Assembly: GCA_051362555.1 (NCBI GenBank)
Contig: CM120640.1
Location: 51,128,788 to 51,192,787, forward strand
DNA from: Lingula anatina
Lineage: Eukaryota; Animalia; Brachiopoda
Direction of reading: 5' to 3'
DNA length: 64,000 bases
Shown here: piece after piece, positions 14,101 through 27,000 of the stretch
How the letters are laid out: every line of letters starts with the position of its first letter
Position numbering within the stretch: position 1 is the stretch's first letter
Made by a program: the position numbers and the translations under genes
Notes under the pieces: generated by a model
What the model was told of the DNA's origin: nothing
Database searches by the model: none
What the model saw: only the letters and a program-made list of their open reading frames with translations

Positions 14101-16852
14101 GCAACATACTAGTCTGCCATTAACCTTTTTTATTTTTGCTTTATTTAATACATATATGACGTTATATTTTCAGCTGAAAATGTGGAGTGCTACTCGCCGT
14201 GCTGTGGAATAGTGTATTGTTATTGTCAAGTTGGAAGCGTTCGCGTTCCACTTAATAAAACAAACTGCATAGGTAGGTTTCGTTTTATCAAAACTTTTCT
14301 GTTATCACCAAGCAATATTTTAATCATTAATTTGTATTGTATAAGGTTCTAAAGTGTAACTCCCTTCTAATCCTGTAATGAACTCTCTGTCCTTAGATAT
14401 ATGAAAAAGTAAACTTACAAAAATTTGGCCGTGGCTACCATGTATCAATTTTTATTGTTATTCGTAGATACCAACGAGTGTGCAATAGACAACGGAGGTT
14501 GTGCTCACACGTGCACAAATACTCAGGTTGGACTCGGTTTTAACAGACGTGGCTATAACTGTAGCTGCTTTGATGGATATAGATTGTCCGACGACAGCCA
14601 TGAGTGTTTGGGTAAGTTTTTATTAATTTATTTATCTATTATTTTTGTATTTATCGGTGATATTATTTTACATGCACCAATTTGTGATAAGATAACGTGT
14701 GTGAGCGTTTTATGAGATGCCCTGAGAGCTGAAAAGATAAACGTGCATACGTTCACTCAAGTATTTTGAAGCCCATTGAAATTAACTGTGGTTAGCACCA
14801 TTAGGAATCGGCCGTTTTAAAAAGATGCACAATGTATAACTCTGGATAGAATAACTGTTACTGCATTACTTCAATTAATGGATAACACGAGAAAAAGATC
14901 TAGTTATTTAACAAGGATAAACATCACATATGTATGATAGGGCCGAAGCCGGTCAATCTTCAGCAAACGTCAGTGGAAGTATTGATCCATGGGTCATCTT
15001 TTTCCGATATGATCTCTAGTTGTTCTTGGCTCGCGTATAGTTATCAGCAGTAGCACACGAGGAAGATCAAAAGTTACATTCTCGTTTTAGTTTGAGAGGT
15101 GAAAAAAATCTCCAGTTTGATATGGACACAAGTACAAACATAACACAACACGTTTTCGTTTTTTTTTTCAGATATTAACGAGTGTGAGACGGCGATAGGA
15201 AGTAACATTTGTGACAATAACCGTGACTGCGTAAACACAATTGGCAGCTTTTACTGCGTTCGCGATGCTATTCCACCTTCACCAGGTAAGCAAGTCTTTA
15301 CTTTCATTTAGTGTTGCCATGAGGCGCTGTGCTGGATATCCCTTGAGTCACCAACAGAGTATAAGAGATTACGATGTGGCTTGAGGTTGATACTAGAACA
15401 CCCCCCCGGACAATTCCCACAGAGGACACCCCCCCCCCCCACCACCACCAAAAATATACATTTATATGCAAATATAAATTAGTGTAAAGTTCAAAACATT
15501 TCATTCATTTTAAGAATATTTTTACAGTGTGATAATAGAACTTCATCATTAAACAAATTACTTTATAACAAATTCGTTTTTTTATTAAGTACAAGTACAG
15601 AAAGTATTATTAAATATCTCATCAAAGTATAACCACCTATCCTCCAGGTAAAGGTGGGGAAAACAGACGAACGGGTAAATAGATAAGAATATTTTCAGTG
15701 TGGTGGGTAGGTGGGTAGAAGTCAAGCAGTTAAAAGTGATGCAAATAATCAAAGGGATGCCTAGATAAGCGAGAAAATTTGTTTATCGCACCTTTCCCTA
15801 GAGATGAACCTTGATTCGAGGCTTACTTTAATCAAGGTTGGATTAATGAAACAATTAAAAGTAACAGTTATATCATCAAAGTGTTACCTGAATGAATGAG
15901 ATCATCTGTTTACCCCACTTTTACTAGGTGATATACTTTGATCAGATTTTAAATTAAATTTTCTATACTTCTATTTCTAAAATTTTTGTTTACTTGTACT
16001 CCATGAAAATAATTTGTTAAATGAAATTAACATTTTCTATCCTCGAGTTGCATCATCACACTAAGAAATATTCATTAAATGGATGAAAAGATTCGAACTT
16101 TTTGCTTTTTCATTTATATTTTTATACAAATAAATATTCATTGGGGGAGGGGGGATTGTCCTGGGGGGAATTATCCGGGGGGGATTGTCCTGAAACCCTT
16201 GAAGCTGTTTGTTTGTTTGTTCGGCTAAATTTGCCTGATGTCAACGATTTAACCTACGTCTTTTGCTAATAAGGAAAGAAAATTGAATGCCACGCTCATT
16301 CTGCTAAAGAATTATTAAATTGTACTAAAATTTAATATACATTTGAAGAAATGGCATTAGAAACGTAGGCAGAAAGGAAAGGAAATTGTGACTTATAGTC
16401 AGTTTTATAGAAAATATAAAGTCCATCTGACGTTTGTGTACTGCTATCACCACAAATTAATTTAATATTAATTTCAGTGTACTATATTCTATATAGTAAC
16501 AGGGATGTAAATGAGATATAATTCTTTGATTATAACCACCACTTTATTTTAAGCCGCGTCCGGTTTAGAAGGAGGGCCACAGGTAATTCGAATGGCCCAA
16601 CAGACAACCAGTACCCAGTTTAATTCACTTACTATTTGGACAGCAGTCCTTTCCATACTGCTCGTGTTGGTAATAGCATGGAACTTCCGAAAATGGCAAA
16701 CAGACAGGCGAAGAAAGAAAAAGGAAGACGATATCATGGATTCTGCGTCCATAGAGACATTTAGTCCTCGCGATATTGATTTTTCATTACGTGGCAAAAC
16801 AAATGACGCCTACATAAAGAACGAAGAAGAACAGTCTAATGATTGTAATTAA
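369..16852 (+). CDS. Gene A: IgGFcBD-collagen-EGF-IgGFcBD-Cys-rich-EGF-TM membrane collagen, 5'-partial, ~2994 aa visible in 19 exons
   Basis: Exons with AG acceptors, GT/GC donors and compatible phases: 369-483, 716-757, 1721-3114, 4235-4244, 4524-7889, 8094-8399, 8632-9135, 9294-9572, 9751-10389, 10658-10666, 10957-11115, 11484-11519, 11707-13076, 13441-13453, 13741-13827, 14174-14272, 14468-14611, 15172-15285, 16554-16852. Total 8985 nt, divisible by 3, ending at TAA. First exon reads [17 protein letters not shown] (signal-peptide-like); the ATG exon was not found and is probably upstream of the window. Colinear with paralog B. Confidence 0.85.
930..1400. mobile_element. Non-autonomous DNA transposon (MITE, PIF/Harbinger-like ends) in a gene A intron
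   Basis: Perfect 17-bp terminal inverted repeats AGCCTCGGTCACAACCG (930-946) and CGGTTGTGACCGAGGCT (1384-1400), flanked by TTT on both sides. GC-rich interior in an AT-rich intron. Superfamily inferred from terminus style only. Confidence 0.75.
1721..3114 (+). CDS. Gene A exon: first IgGFc-binding protein N-terminal domain
   Basis: ORF 1696-3192 has motifs typical of the FCGBP N-terminal (IgGFc_binding) domain: [71 protein letters not shown]. Acceptor ttttcag at 1720, donor gtaaga at 3115. Confidence 0.88.
3857..4164. mobile_element. Possible degenerate MITE
   Basis: Imperfect inverted ends taagtggttaacgagc (~3857) and gctcgttaagcaactta (~4148-4164); no clear TSD. Confidence 0.3.
4524..10389 (+). 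CDS. Gene A collagen triple-helix region (5 exons, 566 Gly-X-Y triplets)
   Basis: Exons of 3366, 306, 504, 279 and 639 nt are all multiples of 9 and all split a Gly codon in phase 1. Continuous Gly-X-Y in ORFs 4904-7906, 8550-9161, 9257-9616 and 10053-10550. Confidence 0.95.
10406..10483. repeat. (AT)n microsatellite (intronic)
   Basis: Direct observation. Confidence 0.95.
10957..11519 (+). CDS. Gene A: Ca-binding EGF exon (10957-11115) plus furin-site exon (11484-11519)
   Basis: [25 protein letters not shown] matches the cbEGF consensus. The next 36-nt exon encodes [12 protein letters not shown]. Confidence 0.85.
11121..11174. repeat. (AT)n microsatellite (intronic)
   Basis: Direct observation. 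Confidence 0.95.
11707..13076 (+). CDS. Gene A exon: second IgGFc-binding N-terminal domain
   Basis: ORF 11730-13088 has [57 protein letters not shown] and [10 protein letters not shown]. The exon is 1370 nt, identical in size to the homologous exon of gene B. Confidence 0.9.
13741..15285 (+). CDS. Gene A exons: 12-Cys module (13741-13827, 14174-14272), EGF (14468-14611), truncated cbEGF (15172-15285)
   Basis: Translations [29 protein letters not shown] / [33 protein letters not shown] / [16 protein letters not shown]...[19 protein letters not shown] / [29 protein letters not shown]. All are phase-1 exons with counterparts in gene B. Confidence 0.85.
15383..16198. mobile_element. Foldback / long-inverted-repeat element in the last intron of gene A
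   Basis: Left arm ~15383-15670 (cccccccggacaatt...atcaaagtataaccaccta...ggtggggaaaacagacga) is the degenerate reverse complement of right arm ~15900-16198 (tcatctgtttaccccac...taggtgatatactttgatc...aattatccgggggggattgtcc). Confidence 0.7.
16554..16852 (+). CDS. Gene A terminal exon: transmembrane helix and cytoplasmic tail
   Basis: [18 protein letters not shown] followed by basic [13 protein letters not shown] (positive-inside rule); homologous to the terminal exon of gene B. Confidence 0.85.
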
Positions 16853-16987
16853 CTCTCTTGCTCACGAGGAAAACTGATGTCCATAGCATTTCTACCCCCT
16901 CTTTTGAAGAAGAATCGTTGAAACTTTCAGCACAGAATTGAAAAGTAGTGTGCCATAGTTGTAGAATGCTTCCATAACATGTATTCA

Positions 16988-16988
16988 A

Positions 16989-17060
<72 letters not shown>
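16988..17060. repeat. (TC)n/(AT)n microsatellite in the gene A 3' region
   Basis: Direct observation. Confidence 0.95.
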
Positions 17061-17063
<3 letters not shown>

Positions 17064-17937
17064 CGCGGATACATTTAGGTGGTCGAGACGGCACATTTAT
17101 TAATTGTCACAATTAATTGGTTTAAACTGATTTGAAAACTTTTAAAATATGAGTTGGAGTACAGTGTAGAAGTCAAATAGTATATTTGTAAAGCGCCATA
17201 TTTAACATATTGTACAGTGCTTTCTTTATTATTATTTTTTTTTAAGTCACTTGGCCTTCTTTTTTCCCCACTCATTTACGAAAAAGAATAAGCAATCCAC
17301 TACAGTGCCCTATGTCAGAAATGCCTGTCCTTAAATATGTTGTTGCATAATATTTGGACTCCTTAAGATTTCTTTAATCTAGTTTTTTCTTTTTAATTCA
17401 AACGAGGCAAATCCGCATTCAAGTTGATTAAGTAAGATTGTGAATGAGCATTCATGTGGAATAAGCTATGATTACTTAGTTAAAGTCTTGACAAGAACAG
17501 GTGGTCACTGTACTGTTTAAAAGATCAAATATTTGCAAACCGGGATTACGCAATCTATATAGACACACTTAATTGTGCAACTATTTGAACAAACCTTCTG
17601 TTTATTATTTTGTCACGAACCTCCTTCATGTGTCCGATGTTTATTCATGTAATTTTCGCTGCTTCTTAGAATTGTGCGAAATTAAATTAGTAGTTGAGTT
17701 TGACTTTTGATAATTAATTAATATGTTGTTTTGCGAGGATGGAAAATTCAAACCATGTTTACTGCGCGTAGAATTAAACGAGGAATAGTCTATGAAATAG
17801 TTGCTGTAAACTGTGTTTTCAACTAAACCTTGTGTAAAAGGATGTCACAATTGTAATCTTGCCTGAAATACAGAATGTATGTAAACTGTTTGAAACTTAC
17901 ATTTGTAGATGTAAAACTATTCAAGCGACCTTTTTAT

Positions 17938-17943
17938 AATAAA
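17938..17943 (+). terminator. Candidate polyadenylation signal for gene A
   Basis: AATAAA about 1.1 kb downstream of the stop, followed by T/GT-rich sequence; not unique in AT-rich DNA. Confidence 0.3.
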
Positions 17944-17974
17944 TTCTTGGAAATTTAATTTTGGTAATCTTTAG

Positions 17975-18194
17975 TGCTAGAAGGGGTTTCTGTGTCTTCA
18001 GTAAATTTAGCATAGCAAATAACCCTGCTGCAACCATCTCGTTGGAGGCTGTATAAATGTGACTGGCGATAACATGTCGCATGTTATCAGCAGCAGTAGA
18101 AGTAAACCGTTCACTTTTATGATGTTACTGTATGGTGCAGGAGACAGAGAAAGCTACGCTTTTCCAGTGGGAATGGAGTTTATCAAAATTAATC
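17975..18194 (+). pseudogene. Degenerate duplicate of the 3' end of gene A's second IgGFcBD exon
   Basis: High nucleotide similarity to ~12841-13074 (e.g. gcatgttatcagcagcagtagaagt, ccgttcacttttatgatgttactgtatggtgcaggagacagagaaagctacgcttttccagtggg) with small deletions. The donor site is lost and the copy runs into a cac-rich repeat. Confidence 0.85.
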
Positions 18195-19033
18195 GCACAC
18201 GAGCACACGAGCACACAAGCACGCACGCACGCACACACACATGCACATACACAGTCCTACCAAAACACCTTACCTGGAATCACATGTAGGAAGTACAGGA
18301 AGAAAGAAGTAAGTAATAAATTAATTTACGAGCAACAAATACGAATTTGTGATACTTGCTACTGGATGGAAAAAAATCAGTAAGAGCTCCATACCTATCA
18401 AATATATACGTGTGTGTTTATACTATCAATATGATAATCTGTTATCGTTCTAAGATATTGTCTAGCTTTATTTATTTAAAATATAAACATTTGCATCTTT
18501 ATTTCGTCTTTAATGAAGGGTTTTCATTGAACCGTCTATAAGATTCCTTACTGATTGTTTTTTTTCTTTGAGAATTATGACAGGAGTTCTGCACGCCGCG
18601 GTGGGAGGTAACGGAAGGTAAAGAAAAACTGAACGTAAGGGGCCACTAAAATCAGGTAGGAAGAAAATATTTCTTGTCTTTTTGCGATTGTTTTATCATT
18701 GTTATACTTTCAATGAATACACCATTAATCTGAAGATTTTGATCACTGAATGAGATTCAACCTTGCTGATCTGATAAGTGATAGCTTCTTCTAAATGTCC
18801 ATAAAATAAGGCTTCTATTGTTAGTCTGATGGGTTCTAGCTAACTGGAGATGAGGCACTTTATTGTCCGCTTTTAAAATTAGTTGAAAGGCAAGGGCATG
18901 TTTTGATTGTATTAATGGCATCCCTCAAGAAAGTGTTAGATATTATTCCTGGACATCAAAAGACAAATGTCAATCCAAAGTAAACGACTAACTTCAGGTA
19001 AAGGAGTTGTGTCTATGTAATAACCGCACTTTG

Positions 19034-19315
19034 CAAAAGCGGATCCAGGATTTATTTGAAGGGGGGTCCGGAACGACAGGCCTCGGATGCAAAGCCGACC
19101 ATCGCCTCCTTGTTGTGAGGTTCTAGGCCTGCTCAGGGCCCCGAAAATTTTGTTGGTGTTTTGGAGAGCAAACAGTACGGTTTAGAACTATGATTTAGCT
19201 AGTCAAAATCTTAATTTCAAGAGGGGAATTTTGGTGTGATAAATTTTTCAGAAACTGAAGGGGACTGAAGGGGACCCCCCTGACACCCCCTTTCCCCCCT
19301 CTAAATCCGCCACTG
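19034..19315. mobile_element. Degenerate short non-autonomous element with GCGGAT...ATCCGCCACTG ends
   Basis: Left caaaagcggatccagg plus a G-run; right C-runs plus aaatccgccactg; flanks ctttg / ctctg (possible 5-bp TSD with one mismatch). Confidence 0.45.
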
Positions 19316-20880
19316 CTCTGTAAACGTTTATGTCTTCAGTTGGATTATGTTTCCTGAAATGGAGCCGGTTTTATTTATTGTATATATTAACGTTGTAATA
19401 AAACAAAGTGATTTTGTTGGACGCAGCGATTGTGATTTTTCAATGGTAATAACCATAAATGGCAGTTTTACCCTTTGATGTTGTAAATAATAAAAAGGGT
19501 GGATGAGTCAACTAATTTGTTTGAGGATATATCTTTTCCATTTGACTGTCGCCATCAATGTTACCCGTGCACCAGAACAGTAGCTGTGTGGTGTTGAAAC
19601 ATTGTATGATGCTGATTATACACGATTATGACATATGTATTGCAAATGTCATCATATTTCAATATAATTTTTAGATGAATCTTTAACACTTTTTCTTCAG
19701 TCGCCGAGGTATGCCATATCTAAAACCATTCATGTACAATCAGGGTCGATAAATTTGTTTTTGTCATTAGTTTTAAGTAACTTTGTCAGTGAAGATATAA
19801 CAAAAACTTGTGAATATCACTCGTGGCAATAAAAATAATAATTTTATAACTCGAAAATAAGTTGATAGATCGTAATTTTTCTCAACGGTATTGGGGAACT
19901 GACTAAAGGTTATACCTTGCTGTTGAGGTATTTATTTATTTATTTATCTATTTATTTATTTATTTATTTATTTATTAAGTCTTAGCGCATTGTATGCCTT
20001 TAGAATAAAGAACTGTACTTGCACATGTTAACAATGGGCCCCGTCATCCGATCATTCAAACCGTCTCTTAATACAGTTGATCATTGTAATTTGAGCTAGC
20101 AGTTTATTGACTGTCCTCTGTAGACGAGTGGTTAATATACGATAGTAAATGTTCAAATAAACAATGTGATTGTGACCGTGATATAAGACTACTGTAAAGG
20201 GATATACTATATGCATTGAACATGTTAGAATTCAGCGAACAGAGCATTCAAGTTAAAGATGGAGTTTTCTAGTGCAGGCTTGATATATGACACTTTGAGT
20301 TGTATTATGGCCATGGGCCATTTTTATAAGCTACAGGTCCAGATCAGAAAAGTGTGGAATGTACCACTTCTACACTTAAATTGAGTGATTTGGAGAGATT
20401 CAAATGAATGTTTCACTAATACAATGTCTTGTAGAGTGTAATCACATAGTTTAAGTTAAAACTATTTTACTTTATTTTTAATGTTGACGCTAATTGGCGA
20501 GTATACATTGCGCTAGTGATTGGCGCGTAATTCTTTTCAATATTTTTCGTTTACTTCTTATACATGATGTCTACCTGTTTTCTACCAGGGCCGGAGTTTT
20601 CTTTATGTGCACTTTCCTCTGACGCGTGCAGTGCAGAAAAGTCCCATTGTTTAATCAGAGACATGTCTGTGAATTTCTAGTGAAAAATCAATCTATGGCT
20701 CTGATAGAGGGTTATGTGTACCTATTTCAGTTTAATTTCTTAAAAGAGCGTGAAATGTGTATTTTCTAACTGTGCGTTTTAGCTTTGTCTAGTTTCTCAT
20801 ACCTCTTTTAGACTATGCAAGCTCGTTTATGATATTACAAATGTTTTAAATGGCACTTGTCAAGCGGCGAGACTTTTGAT

Positions 20881-20883
<3 letters not shown>

Positions 20884-20939
<56 letters not shown>

Positions 20940-21018
20940 CTACTACCACTACTTCTATTAACGAGTACTACTACTACGACGGCTACTACTGCTGCTCCTA
21001 GTACTGTAGTACTACTAC
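20884..21018. repeat. (AT)n followed by degenerate (ACT)n
   Basis: Direct observation. Confidence 0.9.
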
Positions 21019-24000
21019 ATTTTGAAGTTTGGTAGTAAATGAAATTTGAGGAGGGCGGTGTCTAAGGGCCTTCAAATATGTCACATCTTCAGATGTGTCC
21101 TAGTTGTTTCTTAAGGTAATACCTATTTCTTTTGTGTGGGTGGCGATATCAATTACGTTTTCATAACTAGGCAATATTTGAATCAGTAGCAGTTTTGTTC
21201 AGAATGCGCTGAAATTCAGCCTTCCGCTGCCACGCTTTCATTTGTACAATGACTTCAGGTCCCGCGTTGAAAGCGACATTTAGAGCAGAACGACTCAGAA
21301 CCAGTTTAGATCTGATTAACGTGCACTGGTATTTTGTTAACGATATCTGTTGAATACGGCCGCATTTTCTGCTGAATAGCACTGCAAAAAGGCAAGAAAA
21401 TAGTTAAAAGCCCGCGTCACTCTACGGGTGTTTAAGAGGCGTGGTTTATGGATTCCACAAACGCGTATTTACCACTGAGGACTTGGTTATTGAGTGAGGC
21501 ATTGAACTTCACACTTCCACGGTCGATAGCCATTTTCTAACTTTATAAAGATTAACATTTTAATCAAAAATCAATTAAACGCAAGTGATTGGGAAAAAAC
21601 TCATATAAGATTGTCACAAAGTAATTCAATGAAATATACATGTACATGTGTATTAATTCAATGAAATATACATTTATATACTGTATCACTTCACCTTCGA
21701 AAAATAGGCACAATCATTCGGGCAGTACCCGAGCCTGTATACTGGCATCATGCTACGAAAGAGACGGCAGTTAAGTAATAAGTATTTAAGCCTATGATCC
21801 CCCGTGGCTCTCATTTTTCAAAAACGCCAGGATGTACCCTTCTGTGTAACAGGTAAAAGTCGGGATAATCTGAGCCGTGGGAGATTTGTGTGTTCTCTGT
21901 GTACTCAGTGTACTGACTCCCCACTCCATATTTTGTGTGATTAGCAGTTGATTAGTCAGTCCTTGAGTAGCGCCCCTCTGCTGCGTTTTCGACAAATCAA
22001 TACAAACGTGGTAAAGTAGGCATGAGTGTTTAACAGGGTGGAGTGGGAATCGTTGAAAGGAGTTTGATGACGAACCACTGATACATCCACTGAAAATTTG
22101 TGCTTCTGTAGGGGAGTACTGTTTGTCCAACTTTTTAATCATTGCATCATTTTGTCTTATTGTGAAAATCACATATTCATCAGGAATACGCGTCCTCGAA
22201 ATTCGATACCTTTTAAAATTGAACGAAATGTTTTAGAAATTGTATATTTTGAGAAAAATCATTATTTTAAATTAGCCGACTGGCTTATTTTAATAAAATG
22301 TCACCGACTGTTTCTTTTGAGCTGTAAGATTATATCATCCGAGAAAATACCTAGACACGTCGGCTAAAACGGAGATTATACGTATGGACCTCCACTTATT
22401 CCTCACTTAAAAAAAAAGACCAACAGTACACTCAGGATGTGACATATGAATGATAAGCTTCTTTAGGGAAGATGTTTGATGTAATTTTATACGTAGTATA
22501 ATACAAGATGGTGGAGTGGTAAATTCATATATCATTCTTTTGTCTGGCTTTGCACACAGAGATTGGTAGCAATATGTCACCATGTTTGTAGGATGATTAC
22601 ATAACTCGACAGAATGACCATTTTCGAAAGCCTTAGAGAAAATCAATTATAGCATAGTCGGGGAACGCGTATACAAAGCCAATATTGAAAGTCACAAAGC
22701 AATTATGTGTTGTGAACGGGATACTCTATCCTACAGGACCGTGCAGTAATCGTTTTGTAGGAGGTCTAATAATCTCTTCCGTTTAACTTGTCATCGGTCT
22801 GCGGTTTCCACTATTTACTAAATTGCTACGTAATACCACGCCCATTTTATGCTCGACATAGGTATCAGGTACATATACTTCCTGGATGTAAGAATATAGG
22901 AATAACTGATAGTTTACCTCTCTGGGTTGGTTATCCTTGTTTAAAGAAAATAAGCTGAAAGGCACACGTATATGACTGCACGATATTCCACCAACCCTTA
23001 AATAAATGTAATAGCTGAATGAATGAAAAATATCCGTTCGTTCAATTTTCGACAAAATGTCGGAAATGGTTGGTCCGCTTCCATATGTCTGTTGAATGGT
23101 GGTTGTTAGGGCATATAGATTCGACCAAACTTAGCCTTTATTTCCCTCTGCACTTGGATGTTTCCACGTGTCAATTTGGCTTTCTTTTCAACCTCTTTCG
23201 ATCAACCATCCTGTTCACCGCCGTGAAAGTGCCTGCGTTGTTGTCCGACTCGAAAAACATCAGATATATCTGTTTTTCAAAAGAAAGGCATGTGCTTCGG
23301 GATGGTGTCTGTCTACGCTTAAGAGAAAACAAAAGATGAAATACCGCAAGGTGTGACTGAAACAGAATAATGAGGGTGTAAGTGGCATCTCTGTAATGTT
23401 TGTTTTGTGGAAGCACATCTTAATTTATGAATAACAAAACTGAATATAGAATCCTTGTCCTGAATTTTACATTTCCTTTTCATGACCAGTTTAGTTGATA
23501 ATGCATAGGTAAGCATATTAATGTCACTGGAAAGTTCACATCGGGAGACATATGTGATTTATAATGTCAGAGGTAGGGTGTTGATGGCAAATTACAAGGT
23601 AGGGAGCGTAGTAATGATACTGCTGTCAACTTTGATATGCCCCTGTGGCTTCAGAGAAAAAGTAAATAAAAGGAGACGAAGTAATACAATCTAATACATT
23701 TTTCTGATAAGAACCCCTATTCATTTAGAGACCAGAACTTTTTAAGGGGTGTGTCTGCTGTGCGAGGACACACATTTACCACCCACCAGTTCCACGGATT
23801 TAAAAAAAAAATAAGAAATTGAATATAACTCATTAACATGTATTTAACATTAACATGTTATAAAATTCGCCCTGGTCATTCTCTGTATATGAAAAATCCA
23901 GTGCATTCACTATACGTAATTACAATTAAAGGTAGGATCATAATTTCCCAGTGCAAGGAACGACCATTTTCTTGTGTCATGCACATGAAGCTTCCCGGTG

Positions 24001-27000
24001 CAAATACATGTATAGTTGGTTTAGTTAAAGAAATATCTATCTTTTATCTATTATCTATTTGTACGTTTATGTTGTAATGAATGTCGTATTGATGTATCTG
24101 ACAGGGTACATGGATATACTAGTAGAGTGGTATAAGGAGATATTGATAACACACATAATCATGGATATTAAAGAAAAGAGTGTTGGCTCTCAGGTTTTAC
24201 ATTTGTAGGCAAATTCAAAAAGCAATCAAGCCCTTTATGCACCGCATTGTGGTGAGCGATATGTTTGACCTTAGACCCTAGCTTTGACAGTGTAAACTTT
24301 CTAAGCATGGAACCATACATGCTATATACAAACATGCACCCTGTATCTTTACCGTGCGAGTTTCCACAATGAACCGGTCCTCAAATGGAAGCTCTCCTAA
24401 CAATACTGAAGGGCATTAGGTGTGGTTATTACCATGTAAGCACGCCATTGACGTTAAGTGCACTGTCCTTGCCATGTCACATCACACCTAAGGACGTCTT
24501 TCAAGATGTAATCACCTTGACTAATTATTTTCATGCGTGTGCATCTCCACTTACCTTGACAGTTCACGCCTCCCGTGTGTTCCCCCCCCCCCCCCCACCC
24601 CGCCCGGCAAACATGCTATAATTCACTCCGTTCGCCATCACTGATCTTTGGTCAGTCAGCAGTTCTACAAAGTGACGCAATATGATAATAAATATTGTTA
24701 TATAGTTATAGATTCTCAGTCGACGGGGGTAGGCGATAAAACTCATCGAAATTACTCCTATTCATAAAAGAAGATTATGTTGCTTTTAGTTGTCTGGTCC
24801 ATAAAATAAATTATAGAATTCTCAAGCAATGTAGATCAAAATGTTGCAAGCGTAACTTACGACACTGGTTACATTTTGGGCAAAACTTTAAAATCATAAA
24901 TAACTAGTGGCTATGAAAGACCGAGCAAAACAGAAAGAAAAAGTATTGCACGTGACAGACAACAGTAGAGAGACGAGTGTCCGCTGCGGTGCACGGAGAA
25001 CAGTGGAGACAACCAACATTAAAATATACGGCAGGGCTTGATCATTGGATAAGTACAGAAAAACCACCATGTAAACACTAGCAGGTGGTTTTTACAACTA
25101 CATCAGAAACATCCCTTGTATTGCAACATTTTGATTTACGATAAGAACTTTTATTTTTCAACCAATTACATGATTTATTCCCATCGCGTTATGCAACTGA
25201 AGTGGCGCGATTTTGAAAAGAAAGGTGTTCCGTCTAAATCTGATGGATAGTTAATTTGACCATTACGTTTGCATGTGAATGTGAAAACAGTTTTACTCCA
25301 GGCCATGCTAAATATACTATTCACAATTCGAATTGGATTTTATAATGTCTCTTTCAAGTTTGGCATTTGTTCTTAGTGTCACATAGGTAAACAGTCCCTC
25401 TGGTTTAAAAGACCAGGGCCACATGTATGTTCACTGATCGCTGGCGTCGGGTATTGAAACTACCAGTGTATGTCCAACGATTTAAAGGGTATCTATTAAG
25501 GATGCATCCTTCACATTATGGTTGTAAACTTGCATTTTATAAATTAAAATCATTGATTGCATTTATAAGGGCGTGGTGATCATTTCTCCTCCAACGGCGG
25601 ATTATTGAATTTTGCGTCGCGTCCTTACATTACATAACGCCTCTTTTGGTTATTGTAACTTTCGTAGTGCCATGAAATTTAACCCTGGGCAAGAGGCTCT
25701 TTTCATTTGCTTTTTCATTCAATCAACATTCTTTTCCAATCGAACATGTTTAGCATTATTCACCCTGTGGTCTGAAAACTATAAATTAAGGGGTTCATTG
25801 TTTTTACCACTGTATATTAATGGCGAGTTACTTGATCTCGCGGGGACGCAGAGCACACTGTTAGATGGACGGTAATAACGCCCATTCAAACGGAGGCACT
25901 CAGGTACTAAATTTGCATTCCTCTTTTGTTGTTAGCGCCATTCAGCGTCGTCGACCTAGACTTGAGCGAGGTACCCACACCCGCGCGCACACTTAGTCTG
26001 CTGGTACTTTTACCAGTGTCGTGGTTGGCAGCGGACGAGAAGTACCTGTTAGAAGCCAGGGTGGTTTGGCAACACCATAGAAGTTGTCGGGACTCTCTGT
26101 GACAAAGTTAGAAGAGCAGAGTTGGGGTGAGTGTTATGGGCATTTTACCTTGCGGCCACGCCTAGTTCGATCTCTATTGAACCTAGTCTAGCACAAGCTT
26201 AACATGACCGGCTGCTGTGTATAAGGGGTTACACTTGGTCATATTTAAATGTATGACAATTTTAAAAAGAACGATACAGTTATCAAAAACTGAGTTTCAT
26301 TGCTGCATCAACTGTATATGTTTTATGTGTTACTAGTATTTTTATCGGGTAATATTTTATGACCTTTACGATCGGTACTTCTATGAAAGGCAGGTGGGTC
26401 ACTTCTGCGAAACTGAAGTTTGTGTTAAAACTTGGCAGAAACTATCACATTGAACAAAATAACCCGACAGATTGGCAGCGGTGTTGACTTGAGCCAGAGC
26501 GAATTAATATTACACTAACAAAAACAGAGTACAGGCGGTAGATGGGTAATAAGTCCGAAATATAATCGCTGAAAGAGTTCCCTTTGACTTACAATAGCAC
26601 ATAGACAAGTCGAGGATTAAAATATTGTTAGTATGACCATACATAAATAAACCTTAGGCGATTTGAAATCTATTATATCGCTGGACGATCGAGCCTGAGG
26701 TGTATAGACAATAAGGGAGGGGTTGCTTAATAACTTAGGTAAGAGACTTGTACAGGAAGCCGGCACGCCCGACCGCCATTACAATAGCCAAAGGAATGTG
26801 AGCGACTTAAAGAAGATCAGTCCACCTCCCATAGCGTAGGTGGTGTTGCAGTAGCATTCCCTGGTCTAAACCACCTAGCGCCGGACAATAGGCGCCTGCG
26901 TTACCAGTTCGTCGTCACAGAACATCTTTTCGCTTGATTGGTTAACTCTCTTAAGACTGGTGAGGGCGGTGCCCCTCTCCCCATTACGCATGCTTTACCC

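Noticed and set aside
10339-17096. ORFs containing YIYIYI runs (and CVCV/RERE runs elsewhere)
   Set aside because: Translations of microsatellites.
25871-26233. GC-richer block ending ...ggggttaca, resembling a solo LTR
   Set aside because: The other terminus is not TG and no TSD is visible; needs a repeat-library search.
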